Assembly: GCA_009773765.1 (NCBI GenBank)
Contig: WTWZ01000004.1
Span: 66,507 to 130,506, forward strand
Direction of reading: 5' to 3'
Length of the DNA: 64,000 nucleotides
From: Prolixibacteraceae bacterium
GTDB taxonomy: Bacteria > Bacteroidota > Bacteroidia > Bacteroidales > Prolixibacteraceae
Part shown: in pieces, positions 20,296-30,340 of the stretch
Position numbering within the stretch: position 1 is the stretch's first letter
Layout: every line of letters begins with the position of its first letter
Position numbers and translations under genes: made by a program
The notes under the pieces: model-generated
The model's input: the letters and a program-made list of their open reading frames with translations, nothing else
The model's database searches: none
What the model was told of the DNA's origin: nothing

Positions 20296-20662
20296 TTTCC
20301 CTTTAAATTGTGTAGGCAAATATAAATTAAAATGCCTTAAAACGATAACTTATTTTCAAACCTTTCTTTTTGCACATTCATTAAACGATTTTCAAAATGC
20401 TGTAACAATGTAGTTTGCAATTTTTGAACGAAAAAAAAGTTATCACTAAAATCATTCTGATAAGATTGAATTAACATTATCCATCCAAACCACATTAATC
20501 CGGGGTTATCAGAACTAACTTATGTTCTTCCCGAAGATTTTCAACCAATCAACCAATTAAAGTGTTATAATTTTAAAAATCGGCCATGAAATTCTTTTTT
20601 ATTGATATTTTCGAATCCATAAATCAGATGACCAATTAATTATAATTTTAGATACAAAGCAG

Positions 20663-21013
20663 ATGGGAAAGCTTGTTGAGGAATTTAATGCATACAGGGC
20701 AAAAATGAACGATAAAATAATGGCTTCGGACAATAAGGTAATGAAGAGAATTTACAGCCTCGATACATTAACTTACCAGGATGGCGCCCTTAGTGCAAAA
20801 ACCAAGGAAATGCTAGGACTTGCCACTTCGATGGTTCTTCGCTGTGACGACTGTATTAAATATCATCTCGAAAAATGTTTTGAATATGGAGTCACCACTG
20901 GCGAAATATTCGAACTTTTTGGCGTGGCTAATTTGGTGGGGGGAACAATTGTTATTCCCCATACAAGAAGAGCCGTTGAATATTGGGAAGAACTGGCCAA
21001 TTCGAAGATTTAG
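20663..21013 (+). CDS. Carboxymuconolactone decarboxylase / AhpD-like family protein (CxxC)
   Basis: 116 aa with an AhpD/CMD-type motif LRCDDCIKYHL (CxxC followed by H). Confidence 0.75.
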   Translation: MGKLVEEFNAYRAKMNDKIMASDNKVMKRIYSLDTLTYQDGALSAKTKEMLGLATSMVLRCDDCIKYHLEKCFEYGVTTGEIFELFGVANLVGGTIVIPHTRRAVEYWEELANSKI

Positions 21014-21044
21014 AACAGAAAAAACAAAATAAATTTTCAAAAAA

Positions 21045-21365
21045 ATGGACAAAATATTTGCAATCACTTCTGCCGGTAAAACCGAAAAATCCTTTATTGA
21101 CCTGCGATTCGGGAAATGTGAGAATGTGGTTATTTTCAACGTCAATAAAAATCAGTATTCCATCGTTGAAAACCCCTATAAAGAAGATGAAAACAGCGGG
21201 ATAAACCTCGTGGCTTTTTTAAAAGAATGCTGTGTAACTTCGATTATTACAGGTGAAATTGGCCCTAAAGTAAGTGCTTTGCTCGAAACTGAAAAAATCC
21301 AGGTGATACTTTACCACGAAGTGAAAATGAAAATTAAGGAAATTATGGACCGGATTAATCCATAA
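21045..21365 (+). CDS. NifB/NifX-family (dinitrogenase FeMo-cofactor-binding domain) small protein
   Basis: 106 aa. The pattern FGKCENVVIF...ITGEIGPKVSALLETEKIQV matches the small NifX/NifB C-terminal-domain proteins common in anaerobes. Confidence 0.65.
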   Translation: MDKIFAITSAGKTEKSFIDLRFGKCENVVIFNVNKNQYSIVENPYKEDENSGINLVAFLKECCVTSIITGEIGPKVSALLETEKIQVILYHEVKMKIKEIMDRINP

Positions 21366-21384
21366 GTATTGAATTTTTATCGTT

Positions 21385-22047
21385 TTGGGCACTTACATTT
21401 ACAAATTGATTCAGGAAGGCGAGCATCAGCGGCAGGATTTCAAATACTGCATTAACGACTCGAAAAAGATTGCCAAATCGCTTGTTGCATTTGCCAATAC
21501 GGATGGTGGCAGATTATTGGTTGGCATTAAGGACAATGGTAAAATTGTCGGAATAAAAACCGATGAGGAATACTACATGGTTGAAGCGGCAGCAAAAATT
21601 TACAGTAATCCGCCAATCAGCTTTTTAACACAACAATGGCAGGCGGAAGGCAAAACGGTTTTAGAAATTCTGATTGAACCCAGCACCCAAAAACCCCATT
21701 TTGCAATAGACGAAGACGGGAAATGGCTGGCATACCTGAGAGTTGGTGATGAAAATTTTCTGGCACACAAAATCCACCTGAATGTGTGGAAGAGAAATAA
21801 CAACCCTGTTGGGGTTCATTTTACCTATACAAATCGTGAAAAAATTTTAATCGACTACCTTCAGAATAACAAACAAATCACAATATCCAAATTCATGCGA
21901 CAGGCACATATTTCGCGTATGAAGGCGGAAGAAGTCATAACCAACTTTATTATTATGAATGTTATAAACTTGAAAACAGAAAAGGAAGGAACTTTTTTCG
22001 AACTTATTCAAACGATTGATGCAGATGAACTCAAGAAATTCAAATAA
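21385..22047 (+). CDS. AlbA_2 (Schlafen-like) domain protein with C-terminal HTH-like region
   Basis: 220 aa with a TTG start. The block IAKSLVAFANTDGGRLLVGIKDNGKIVGI is the hallmark of the AlbA_2/'divergent AAA' nucleic-acid-binding domain. The tail NNKQITISKFMRQAHISRMKAEEVI looks like an HTH. Confidence 0.6.
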   Translation: MGTYIYKLIQEGEHQRQDFKYCINDSKKIAKSLVAFANTDGGRLLVGIKDNGKIVGIKTDEEYYMVEAAAKIYSNPPISFLTQQWQAEGKTVLEILIEPSTQKPHFAIDEDGKWLAYLRVGDENFLAHKIHLNVWKRNNNPVGVHFTYTNREKILIDYLQNNKQITISKFMRQAHISRMKAEEVITNFIIMNVINLKTEKEGTFFELIQTIDADELKKFK

Positions 22048-22144
22048 AATGATTTTAAAAAATCATATCTTTTTTTATTTCATAAAATTAACGGATTTTA
22101 CAATAAACCTTATTTTTACCCATTCAAAATAAAAAAACAGAATT

Positions 22145-23302
22145 ATGTTACAAAAATTAAAATTTTTCTTAATTTTCCTTATACCTGTAATTACTGTATA
22201 TGCTCAGGAACAATATCTTACAGAAAAATCAGAAGATCCGGAAAAAACCTACACAAGCCAGAAAACCTATGAAGTTAAAGAATTCCCAAATCAATTTAAA
22301 AAGGATAAACCCAGGAACATCATTCTGCTGATTGGCGACGGAATGGGCGTAACACAGGTTTTTGCCGCATTAACTGCAAACAAAGGAAGGCTGTTTATCG
22401 AAAACTGCAAATATATTGGCTTCTCGAAAACAAGTTCGGGCGACAATTATATTACCGACAGCGCCGCCGGGGGAACAGCTCTTGCAGCAGGGGTGAAAAC
22501 TTACAACGGCGCTATTGGCGTTGATATGAATAAAAATCCGGTTAAAACTATTCTTGAAGAGGCATCAGGAAAAGGCCTTTCAACCGGGCTTGTTTCTTCA
22601 TCGGCTATTACGCATGCCACACCAGCTTCGTTTATTTCGCACCAGGCCAGCCGCAGTTCGTACGAAGATATTGCAACCGATTTTTTAAAAACCGATATCG
22701 ACGTTTTTATAGGCGGAGGTTTGGATCATTTTTCCAAAAGGAAAGATGGGCGCAATCTTGTGGACGAACTTAAAAACAAAGGCTACCAGGTTGAAACAGA
22801 AATGAGTAAAATTAATACAGTAAAAAAAGGCAAACTTGCCGGTTTAATTGCCGGCGTGCATCCGGGAAGAATAAGCGAAAGAGGCGATATGTTGCCGGTT
22901 GCAACTGAAACCGCCCTTAATATTCTGGATAACAATAAAATCGGATTCTTTTTAATGGTTGAAGGTTCTCAAATTGACTGGGCCGGCCATGCAGGCAGCA
23001 CTGTTTATGTGGTTGAAGACATGCTCGATTTTGACAAGGTAGTTGGCAAAGCACTTGAATTTGCCGCCAATGATAAAGAAACACTTGTAATTGTTACCGC
23101 CGACCATGAAACGGGAGGAATGGCTATAACAGGCGGCAGCATTGAAAAAGGGGTTGTACAGGGCGCATTCCCAACCGGTGGACATACCCCGGTTATGGTC
23201 CCCATTTTTTCGTACGGCCCTGGCGCTGAAGAATTTATCGGAATTATGGAAAATACCGATGTACATGCAAAAATGAAAAAACTACTTTTTAATAATAAAT
23301 AA
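22145..23302 (+). CDS. Alkaline phosphatase (PhoA family), secreted
   Basis: 385 aa with a signal peptide and PhoA active-site blocks LIGDGMGV, TDSAAGGTALA (Ser nucleophile), TADHETGG and GGHT. Confidence 0.9.
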   Translation: MLQKLKFFLIFLIPVITVYAQEQYLTEKSEDPEKTYTSQKTYEVKEFPNQFKKDKPRNIILLIGDGMGVTQVFAALTANKGRLFIENCKYIGFSKTSSGDNYITDSAAGGTALAAGVKTYNGAIGVDMNKNPVKTILEEASGKGLSTGLVSSSAITHATPASFISHQASRSSYEDIATDFLKTDIDVFIGGGLDHFSKRKDGRNLVDELKNKGYQVETEMSKINTVKKGKLAGLIAGVHPGRISERGDMLPVATETALNILDNNKIGFFLMVEGSQIDWAGHAGSTVYVVEDMLDFDKVVGKALEFAANDKETLVIVTADHETGGMAITGGSIEKGVVQGAFPTGGHTPVMVPIFSYGPGAEEFIGIMENTDVHAKMKKLLFNNK

Positions 23303-23305
23303 AAG

Positions 23306-24268
23306 ATGAAGGAAGCTTTGGAAGTCCTCGACCACGTTCGATTGAATTTTTCCCCCGCTGGTTTGTTTGCACTGAATGTCACCATCGCCTTTATAATGTT
23401 CGGCGTAGCGATAGACATCAAACTTCAGCATTTTAAAGATTTGTTAATGAACCCCAAGTCAGTGGTTATTGGGCTTATTTCACAGTTTGTACTACTGCCC
23501 TCAGTAACTTTTCTTTTTATTATGCTTTTGGGCCCTACGCCCACGGTAGCATTGGGAATGATTCTGATAGCCGCCTGTCCGGGAGGAAATATTTCCAATT
23601 TTATGACGGCAATGGCCAAAGGGAATGTGGCGTTATCTGTTAGTTTAACTGCCATTGCAACGTTGGCAGCCACATTTATGACGCCACTGAATTTTGCCCT
23701 TTGGGGAAAACTTTTTGTAAAATACTACAATATCGCGGGCGCAGGTACTTTTTTGGTTCCTATCGAGATTGATTTTTTTCAAATGTTGCAAACCGTTGTT
23801 ATTCTTCTGGGGATTCCGGTTGCTATAGGTGTGCTGTTTTCTCATTACCTGCCAAAAATAACTGTCAAAATCAAGAAACCTATCCGTCAGCTTTCCATAG
23901 TTATTTTTATTGCATTTGTTATTATTTTGTTATCGGCCAATTTCGACCATTTCATGCGTTTTATCCACCTTGTATTTATTATCGTCCTTATTCATAACGG
24001 ATTGGCCTTGCTGTCAGGTTTTGGGGCTGCCACAATCTTCAAATTGCCTATTGCTGACCGGCGCGCTGTTACCATCGAAACAGGCATTCAAAATTCGGGA
24101 TTGGCGTTGGTCCTCATGTTCAACCCCAAAATTTTTCCCCCTGAACTCGAACTGGGAGGGATGACCATCATTGCCGCATGGTGGGGGGTATGGCACATCA
24201 TCAGCGGATTTGTCATTTCCTACTTATGGACCAGAAAAAAAATCCCGCAACCTTCTGAAATAATATAA
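23306..24268 (+). CDS. Bile acid:sodium symporter (BASS) family transporter
   Basis: 320-aa polytopic protein with the BASS-like block ACPGGNISNFMT. It starts 3 nt after the phosphatase gene. Confidence 0.8.
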   Translation: MKEALEVLDHVRLNFSPAGLFALNVTIAFIMFGVAIDIKLQHFKDLLMNPKSVVIGLISQFVLLPSVTFLFIMLLGPTPTVALGMILIAACPGGNISNFMTAMAKGNVALSVSLTAIATLAATFMTPLNFALWGKLFVKYYNIAGAGTFLVPIEIDFFQMLQTVVILLGIPVAIGVLFSHYLPKITVKIKKPIRQLSIVIFIAFVIILLSANFDHFMRFIHLVFIIVLIHNGLALLSGFGAATIFKLPIADRRAVTIETGIQNSGLALVLMFNPKIFPPELELGGMTIIAAWWGVWHIISGFVISYLWTRKKIPQPSEII

Positions 24269-24417
24269 ATTAATGGCCTTTTGTTGATCTGTTCTAAATC
24301 TTTTTCATTCCGACCAGAAACTGGTAAAAATGCTGGATGCCTGGAGGAAAATCATCCTGAAGAAACAGAAAAACTGGATGAATTGATTACAGTTTAAAAA
24401 TGCAGTGTTAATCATTG

Positions 24418-25749
24418 TTAAGTTTTTGAACCACGGCCAGTTCCCCTTTTTTGTCTTTCCTTTGTACGCTGAAATTTATCCTCAAAAGTCCGTTTCGATG
24501 GATAAATATTTTTCTTTTTATGAAAAGCTCCCTTGTACGAGGGATCGTCCAATTTTCGCTGGCGGTCAATTTCGCGCAGATATTCTTGTTTTTCATCAAA
24601 TTCAGTTGGCACAACCACAACTTTCTCAGGAATTTCGAAAAACTGAACCGGCATTCTGATTAACTCCTCCACTTTTATCAAATGCCATTCGTCGGCCGGG
24701 TCAATCAAAGTAATTGCATCTCCTCTATTCCCTGCCCTTGCCGTGCGCCCAATCCGATGAACGTAATCCTCATAGCTTGATGGAAGATCGAAATTAATAA
24801 CGTGGCTGACCAAACTTGCATCCAGGCCACGTGCCGATACGTCGGTGGAAATCAGAATTCTGACCTCGCCATTTTTAAACGCGTTAATCGCATTTATCCG
24901 CGTGTTTTGACCTTTATTCGAATGTAAAATGCGTTTTTCACCTTCTGCTTTCCTTTTAATTACTTTGAAAACCTCCTCGGCATGTTCTTTTGTTTTCACG
25001 AAAATAATCACCCTCGAAAAGGTTTCTTCGTCTTCCAAAAGATGCTGAATTAAGTTGAGTTTTGTACGGTAATTGGGAACTTTATAGGCTTTCTGGGTAA
25101 CCAGTTCAACTGTTGTTGCTGATGGAGTAACTTCAACTTTCTCAAAATGATCCAGAAATTCCTCTGCCATTTTCTCCACATTTTCATTGAAAGTGGCAGA
25201 GAAAAGAAGATTTTGCCGACGATTGGGAATTACTTCCAAAAGTTGCCGCAATTGTGGAATAAATCCCATGTCGAGCATTCGGTCCGCTTCGTCTATAACC
25301 AGGTGTTTCACTTTTTTAAACGAAAGCACTCCTGCCCGGTAAAGCTCCCATAAACGGCCAGGGGTAGCAATTAAAATATCAACGCCGGGTTCTATAAGCG
25401 CAGCATGTTTTGTCCAGCCGATTCCTCCAAAAACGGCAGCATGGCGGATATCGGAAAGCGGGGTTAATTCCTGGACATCGTCCCCCACCTGAATTGCCAG
25501 TTCGCGCGTTGGGACAATAACAACCGCCCGGGGATCATTGCCTTCGGCTTTTTTCAGTTTTGTTAATACAGGCAGCAAATATGCGGCAGTTTTTCCGGTA
25601 CCGGTTTGGGCAATTCCAACCACATTTTCGCCCGAATTTATTTTGGGGATGGCTTCCATCTGAACCGGCGTTGGTTCTTTAAAACCAATTTCATCCAGGG
25701 TTTTCAACAATACTTTTGCTATTTTTAATTCTTCGAATGTTTGTTTCAT
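24418..25749 (-). CDS. DEAD-box ATP-dependent RNA helicase (RhlE-like)
   Basis: 443 aa with Q motif/AQTGTGKT, DEAD (VIDEADRM), SAT and HRIGRTARAG motifs, plus a basic C-terminal tail. Confidence 0.93.
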   Translation of the reverse strand: MKQTFEELKIAKVLLKTLDEIGFKEPTPVQMEAIPKINSGENVVGIAQTGTGKTAAYLLPVLTKLKKAEGNDPRAVVIVPTRELAIQVGDDVQELTPLSDIRHAAVFGGIGWTKHAALIEPGVDILIATPGRLWELYRAGVLSFKKVKHLVIDEADRMLDMGFIPQLRQLLEVIPNRRQNLLFSATFNENVEKMAEEFLDHFEKVEVTPSATTVELVTQKAYKVPNYRTKLNLIQHLLEDEETFSRVIIFVKTKEHAEEVFKVIKRKAEGEKRILHSNKGQNTRINAINAFKNGEVRILISTDVSARGLDASLVSHVINFDLPSSYEDYVHRIGRTARAGNRGDAITLIDPADEWHLIKVEELIRMPVQFFEIPEKVVVVPTEFDEKQEYLREIDRQRKLDDPSYKGAFHKKKNIYPSKRTFEDKFQRTKERQKRGTGRGSKT

Positions 25750-25775
25750 GGCGCAAAAATAGGAAAATCAACCGA

Positions 25776-26879
25776 TCATTTCAATTTGTACATTTTCCCC
25801 GGCATGGCAACCAATACGTTTTTAAACTCAAGTGCCAGTAACATAGCCGAAACATGGCTAACCGGCAATGTCAATTCCGACGAAATTTGATCGATAAACA
25901 ATTCTTCATTTTCGCGCAGCAGGCTGACAATTTTTTCTTCCCCGGCTGTTAATTCAACAAACAAACCCGATTGTACAGCTTTATTTTTTGAGGTTTTCTC
26001 CCACCCCATAAAAAACTCCAAATCGTCGATACTTTCCATCAAATTAGCGCCGCTGTTTCTAATCAACTGGTTGCAGCCTTTTGAATAAACATCGCCAGCC
26101 CGGCCCGGAAAGGCAAACACATCGCGGTTGTATGACGAAGCAATCTCGGCTGTAATCAGCGCCCCGCCTTTTGAAGCTGATTCGACGACAATTGTGGCAT
26201 CTGCAAGTCCGGCAATAATGCGGTTGCGACGAATAAAATTGGAAGGATCGATTTTAGTGCCACTCGGAAAATCGGTTACAAGACCTCCGTTTTCCAACAT
26301 TTTCCGGGCTGTTTCGGCGTGCAGCGACGGGTAGATTTTGTCCAACCCATGTGCAATAACACCCGCAGTTGGCAAATTGTATTTCAACGCCGATTTGTGC
26401 GCCTGAATATCAATTCCATAAGCCAATCCACTCACAACAAGTATTTTGTAATTTCTTTCAGAGAATTTCTGAATTAACTCATCGCATACCAGCTTTCCGT
26501 AATTGGTGGCATTCCGGGTTCCGACTATACTCACAATACGGTGCTCATTCAGTTCTAAATTGCCTTTTGTGTAAAGTAAAACAGGCGCATCTGCGCAGGT
26601 TTTCAAGCGGCGGGGAAAAATTTTATCGGTATAAAACAGTACTTCAATTTCATTTTTTTCGATAAAACGAAGTTCTCTTTCAGCATTTTTAAAAATATCT
26701 TTGTCTTTGATTCGTAGTGCGTTGATTTCGCCAATTCCGGGAATTTTTTTCAATGATTTAATTGGTTCGGCAAAAACACCTTCAACCGTGCCAACGTAAG
26801 CAACAACATTCCGTGCCAGTATTCCGCCAATTCCCGGAATAATTGACAGTGCAATTTTGTAGAGCAGGTTTTCGTCCAT
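25776..26879 (-). CDS. dprA: DNA-processing protein DprA
   Basis: 367 aa with a Rossmann-like DprA core (IVSIVGTRNAT, SGLAYGIDIQAHK) and a C-terminal wHTH-like tail. Confidence 0.9.
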   Translation of the reverse strand: MDENLLYKIALSIIPGIGGILARNVVAYVGTVEGVFAEPIKSLKKIPGIGEINALRIKDKDIFKNAERELRFIEKNEIEVLFYTDKIFPRRLKTCADAPVLLYTKGNLELNEHRIVSIVGTRNATNYGKLVCDELIQKFSERNYKILVVSGLAYGIDIQAHKSALKYNLPTAGVIAHGLDKIYPSLHAETARKMLENGGLVTDFPSGTKIDPSNFIRRNRIIAGLADATIVVESASKGGALITAEIASSYNRDVFAFPGRAGDVYSKGCNQLIRNSGANLMESIDDLEFFMGWEKTSKNKAVQSGLFVELTAGEEKIVSLLRENEELFIDQISSELTLPVSHVSAMLLALEFKNVLVAMPGKMYKLK

Positions 26880-26894
26880 TTCAGAGGGTAAGCA

Positions 26895-27359
26895 TTAATT
26901 AAGATGGGATAAAAGTTCGTTAAGTGATTGGGCTATTTTTAGCCGGTCTTCAAAATGTACCGCCGATAAACTTACGGAAGGATATTCGGCGGCGCCTCTT
27001 TTGGTTTTAACTACCAAAGTCAAATCCGACATTTTTCCGAATACCGAATTTTCGAAAAATACCTTTCTCAGCATATTTTGAGGGAATTCAATTTCATTAA
27101 ACCTGGGGCGCCCAAAACTAACGGCTTTATAATAACGAAGCATAACACGGCCGTTTTCGTTTTTGAATTCGACAAACTGGTAATCGGCCACATGAAAATA
27201 CAGATACCACAATGAAAAAACGCCAATAGAGATGAGTGCAGTCCCTGTCATATCGAAAAGAAAAAACAGCAGCGCCCCAATGGCAATAACAACACTTACC
27301 AGAAAAAATGTACGCTTAAATTTTACTGCCCTGTTTTTATTATTAATTCTCATGGCCAT
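26895..27359 (-). CDS. Hypothetical membrane protein (2 TM plus small soluble domain)
   Basis: 154 aa with two N-terminal hydrophobic helices. I recognised no motif. It lies 15 nt downstream of dprA. Confidence 0.5.
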   Translation of the reverse strand: MAMRINNKNRAVKFKRTFFLVSVVIAIGALLFFLFDMTGTALISIGVFSLWYLYFHVADYQFVEFKNENGRVMLRYYKAVSFGRPRFNEIEFPQNMLRKVFFENSVFGKMSDLTLVVKTKRGAAEYPSVSLSAVHFEDRLKIAQSLNELLSHLN

Positions 27360-27448
27360 GTTTTATTTCCGACAAAATAAAGCCAAAATTAAAACCAAAT
27401 TCTCAAAACCAATTTTATTTTAACTTTACCGCAATTTAACAGCAATCA

Positions 27449-28513
27449 ATGGGAAAATCAAAAATAAATTCAAAAATAATCTACAGCCGCAACCCGAAAG
27501 AGGAACTTTTGTATTGGGTTGGCAAATACAACGCCGGAAAAGTTTTTTTAGCCACTGAAGACACAGTTAACAAACTCTGGATTCCCACATTCAGTGATTT
27601 TTTTAAGGCGAACGGGATAAAAAAAGTGGTAATTCCTTCCGGTGAAAACAATAAAAAAATTGAATCGGTTGCCAAAATCTGGGAATTCCTCTCGGAAAAC
27701 GGTGGCAGCCGAAAATCGCTGCTCATCAATATTGGCGGGGGAATGCTAACCGATTTGGCAGGTTTTGCAGCCTCCACTTTTAAACGGGGTATCGATTTTC
27801 TGAATGTGCCCACCACCCTGCTTTCGCAGGTTGATGCTTCGGTCGGGGGCAAAACCGGTATTAATTTCGGCGGTTTCAAAAACGAAATCGGCACATTTAA
27901 AGAACCGGTTGCGGTTATTATCAATACCGGTTTTTTAAAAACCATCGACAGTGAAAATTTTATTTCAGGTTTTGCTGAAATGATAAAACACGGCCTGATA
28001 TACAGTCCCGAACATTTGTCTGAACTTGAAAAGTATGATTTGGGAAACGTTGATTACGGCCTTTTGCAGAAAATTATCCGCCATTCGGTTGAAGTTAAAG
28101 AACATTTTGTCGCCAGCGACCCCACTGAAAAAAACATCCGCAAGGCATTAAATTTTGGCCATACCATTGGCCATGCTTTCGAAAGTTATGCCTGGGGGCA
28201 AAACCGGCCAATCAAGCACGGCTATGCAGTTGCTTACGGGATGATTGCCGAACTTTATCTTTCGGTTAAAAAATGTAATTTTCCACCTGATGATTTTGCC
28301 CACTTGACCAACTGGCTGATAAAACTATACGGAAAATTCAAAATTCAGGAAAATGATTTTAATGCGCTTTTTGAACTGATGGAACACGACAAAAAAAATG
28401 AAGCTGGCCGCATTAATTTCACCTTACTTTCAGGGATTGGCAGTATTGAAATTAACCAAAATTGCGATAGGGATTTGATATATGAATCATTGCTTCACTA
28501 CATAAAACTGTAA
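27449..28513 (+). CDS. aroB: 3-dehydroquinate synthase
   Basis: 354 aa with GGGMLTDLAGFAASTFKRGIDFLNVPTTLLSQVDASVGGKTGIN and the metal-binding HGYAVA block. Confidence 0.93.
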   Translation: MGKSKINSKIIYSRNPKEELLYWVGKYNAGKVFLATEDTVNKLWIPTFSDFFKANGIKKVVIPSGENNKKIESVAKIWEFLSENGGSRKSLLINIGGGMLTDLAGFAASTFKRGIDFLNVPTTLLSQVDASVGGKTGINFGGFKNEIGTFKEPVAVIINTGFLKTIDSENFISGFAEMIKHGLIYSPEHLSELEKYDLGNVDYGLLQKIIRHSVEVKEHFVASDPTEKNIRKALNFGHTIGHAFESYAWGQNRPIKHGYAVAYGMIAELYLSVKKCNFPPDDFAHLTNWLIKLYGKFKIQENDFNALFELMEHDKKNEAGRINFTLLSGIGSIEINQNCDRDLIYESLLHYIKL

Positions 28514-28524
28514 TTCGGGCCGTT

Positions 28525-29763
28525 ATGATTTACGAAGTTTCCACAAACCGGAAAAATATCCAGGCAACCATTAACCTGCCCTCCTCGAAAAGTATTAGTA
28601 ACAGGGCATTAATTATCAACGCATTAAGCTATAACCCTTACCCACTGCTGAATTTATCGGACAGCGACGACACGAAAGTTTTGTTTGAGGCGCTCAATTC
28701 AAATTACAACAAATTCGATATTGGCCATGCCGGAACTGCCATGCGTTTTTTAACTGCCTATCTGGCAAAAATTGTTGGCGAATGGGAAATTACAGGCTCG
28801 GAAAGAATGCAGCAACGCCCGATAGGGATTTTGGTTGATGCCCTAAAATCGCTTGGTGCACAAATTGAATACACCAGAAACGAAGGATTCCCACCTTTAA
28901 AAATATTGGGTTCGCGCCTGATCGGAAAAACAATTGAACTGGACGGCAGCGTTTCGAGCCAGTATGTTTCGGCGCTTTTATTAATCGCCCCAACAATCGA
29001 AAATGGTTTGACCTTAAAATTGAAAAGTGAAATTACATCGCGTTCATACATTGAACTCACGCTGAAACTGATGGCAAAGTTTGGCATTCAGTATTGTTGG
29101 GAAGGAAATGAAATTACTGTGCCTGAACAAAATTACTTTGCCCGCGATTTTACGGTGGAGGCCGATTGGTCGGGAGCTTCGTACTGGTACGAGATTTTGT
29201 CGTTATGCGAATCGGGTGAAATCTTACTTCAAAATCTTGAACTCGACAGTTTACAGGGCGATGCCAATATTGCCGGTTGGTTTACCCAATTCGGGGTAAT
29301 TTCAACTCAAAAAACCAACGGGGTTTTGCTTGCAAAAAATGAAAATATAACTCCTGAAAAACTGGTTCATGATTTTATTGAAAACCCCGATTTAGCGCAA
29401 ACCATGGCCTGTTTATGTGTTGCTAAAAAAATCCCGTTCCATTTTTCAGGATTAAAAACGCTGAAAATTAAGGAAACAAACCGGATACTGGCTTTGCAAA
29501 ACGAGTTGGCAAAATTTGGGGCAGAACTAACCGAACCTACGGAAGGAGAACTTGCATGGAACGGATTGATTTCAGAAAACCTGAGGCATGAAGTACCGTT
29601 AATAGAAACTTACCACGATCACCGCATGGCGCTGGCTTTTGCACCACTTTCCCTGGCCGGAACCCTCATTCAGGTTTCAGTCCCAATGGTGGTAACCAAA
29701 TCGTACCCGGGGTTTTGGGATGATTTGAAAAAGGCAGGGTTTACCGTCACTGAGATTGATTGA
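28525..29763 (+). CDS. aroA: 3-phosphoshikimate 1-carboxyvinyltransferase (EPSP synthase)
   Basis: 412 aa containing LPSSKSISNRALI, GTAMRFL and DHRMALAF. Confidence 0.93.
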   Translation: MIYEVSTNRKNIQATINLPSSKSISNRALIINALSYNPYPLLNLSDSDDTKVLFEALNSNYNKFDIGHAGTAMRFLTAYLAKIVGEWEITGSERMQQRPIGILVDALKSLGAQIEYTRNEGFPPLKILGSRLIGKTIELDGSVSSQYVSALLLIAPTIENGLTLKLKSEITSRSYIELTLKLMAKFGIQYCWEGNEITVPEQNYFARDFTVEADWSGASYWYEILSLCESGEILLQNLELDSLQGDANIAGWFTQFGVISTQKTNGVLLAKNENITPEKLVHDFIENPDLAQTMACLCVAKKIPFHFSGLKTLKIKETNRILALQNELAKFGAELTEPTEGELAWNGLISENLRHEVPLIETYHDHRMALAFAPLSLAGTLIQVSVPMVVTKSYPGFWDDLKKAGFTVTEID

Positions 29764-29814
29764 TTTGAACGTACTCACATATTTATTACTTTCCAGTAAA
29801 ATGAGAGATACTTT

Positions 29815-30258
29815 TTATCTCCTTTGCCTGAAAAATTCCTGCATTAATTCTGCACATTCAATTTCCAAAATTCCACCAATGATTTCTGTTTTTGGATGCA
29901 GCGCTTTCGGGGCAAATTTATTGAAACCCCTTTTTTCATCAGGTGCACCATAAACAATCTTTCCGATTTGCGACCAACCCAAGGCGCCGGCACACATAAC
30001 GCACGGTTCGAGAGTAACATACAATGTGCAACCGGTCAAATACTTACCCCCCAGAAAATTAGTAGCTGAGGTAATTGCCTGCATTTCGGCATGAGCTGTA
30101 ACATCGTTAAGTATTTCTGTTAAATTGTGTGCCCTGGCAATAATTCTTCCCCCCGAAACAACCACAGCGCCAACAGGGATCTCTCCCCTTTCAAAAGCCT
30201 GAATTGCTTCTGAAAAGGCTTTTTTCATAAAATACTCGTCACCGAATGGCTCTATCAT
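29815..30258 (-). CDS. tadA: tRNA adenosine(34) deaminase TadA
   Basis: 147 aa with CDA zinc motifs HAEMQAI and PCVMCAGAL. Confidence 0.92.
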   Translation of the reverse strand: MIEPFGDEYFMKKAFSEAIQAFERGEIPVGAVVVSGGRIIARAHNLTEILNDVTAHAEMQAITSATNFLGGKYLTGCTLYVTLEPCVMCAGALGWSQIGKIVYGAPDEKRGFNKFAPKALHPKTEIIGGILEIECAELMQEFFRQRR

Positions 30259-30340
30259 TTTAGATTAAACTGGAATTAATTTGAGAGGCTTAAATTGCTA
30301 AAATCTTCTTATTTTCGCAACCAATTCAAATAAAATTAAA

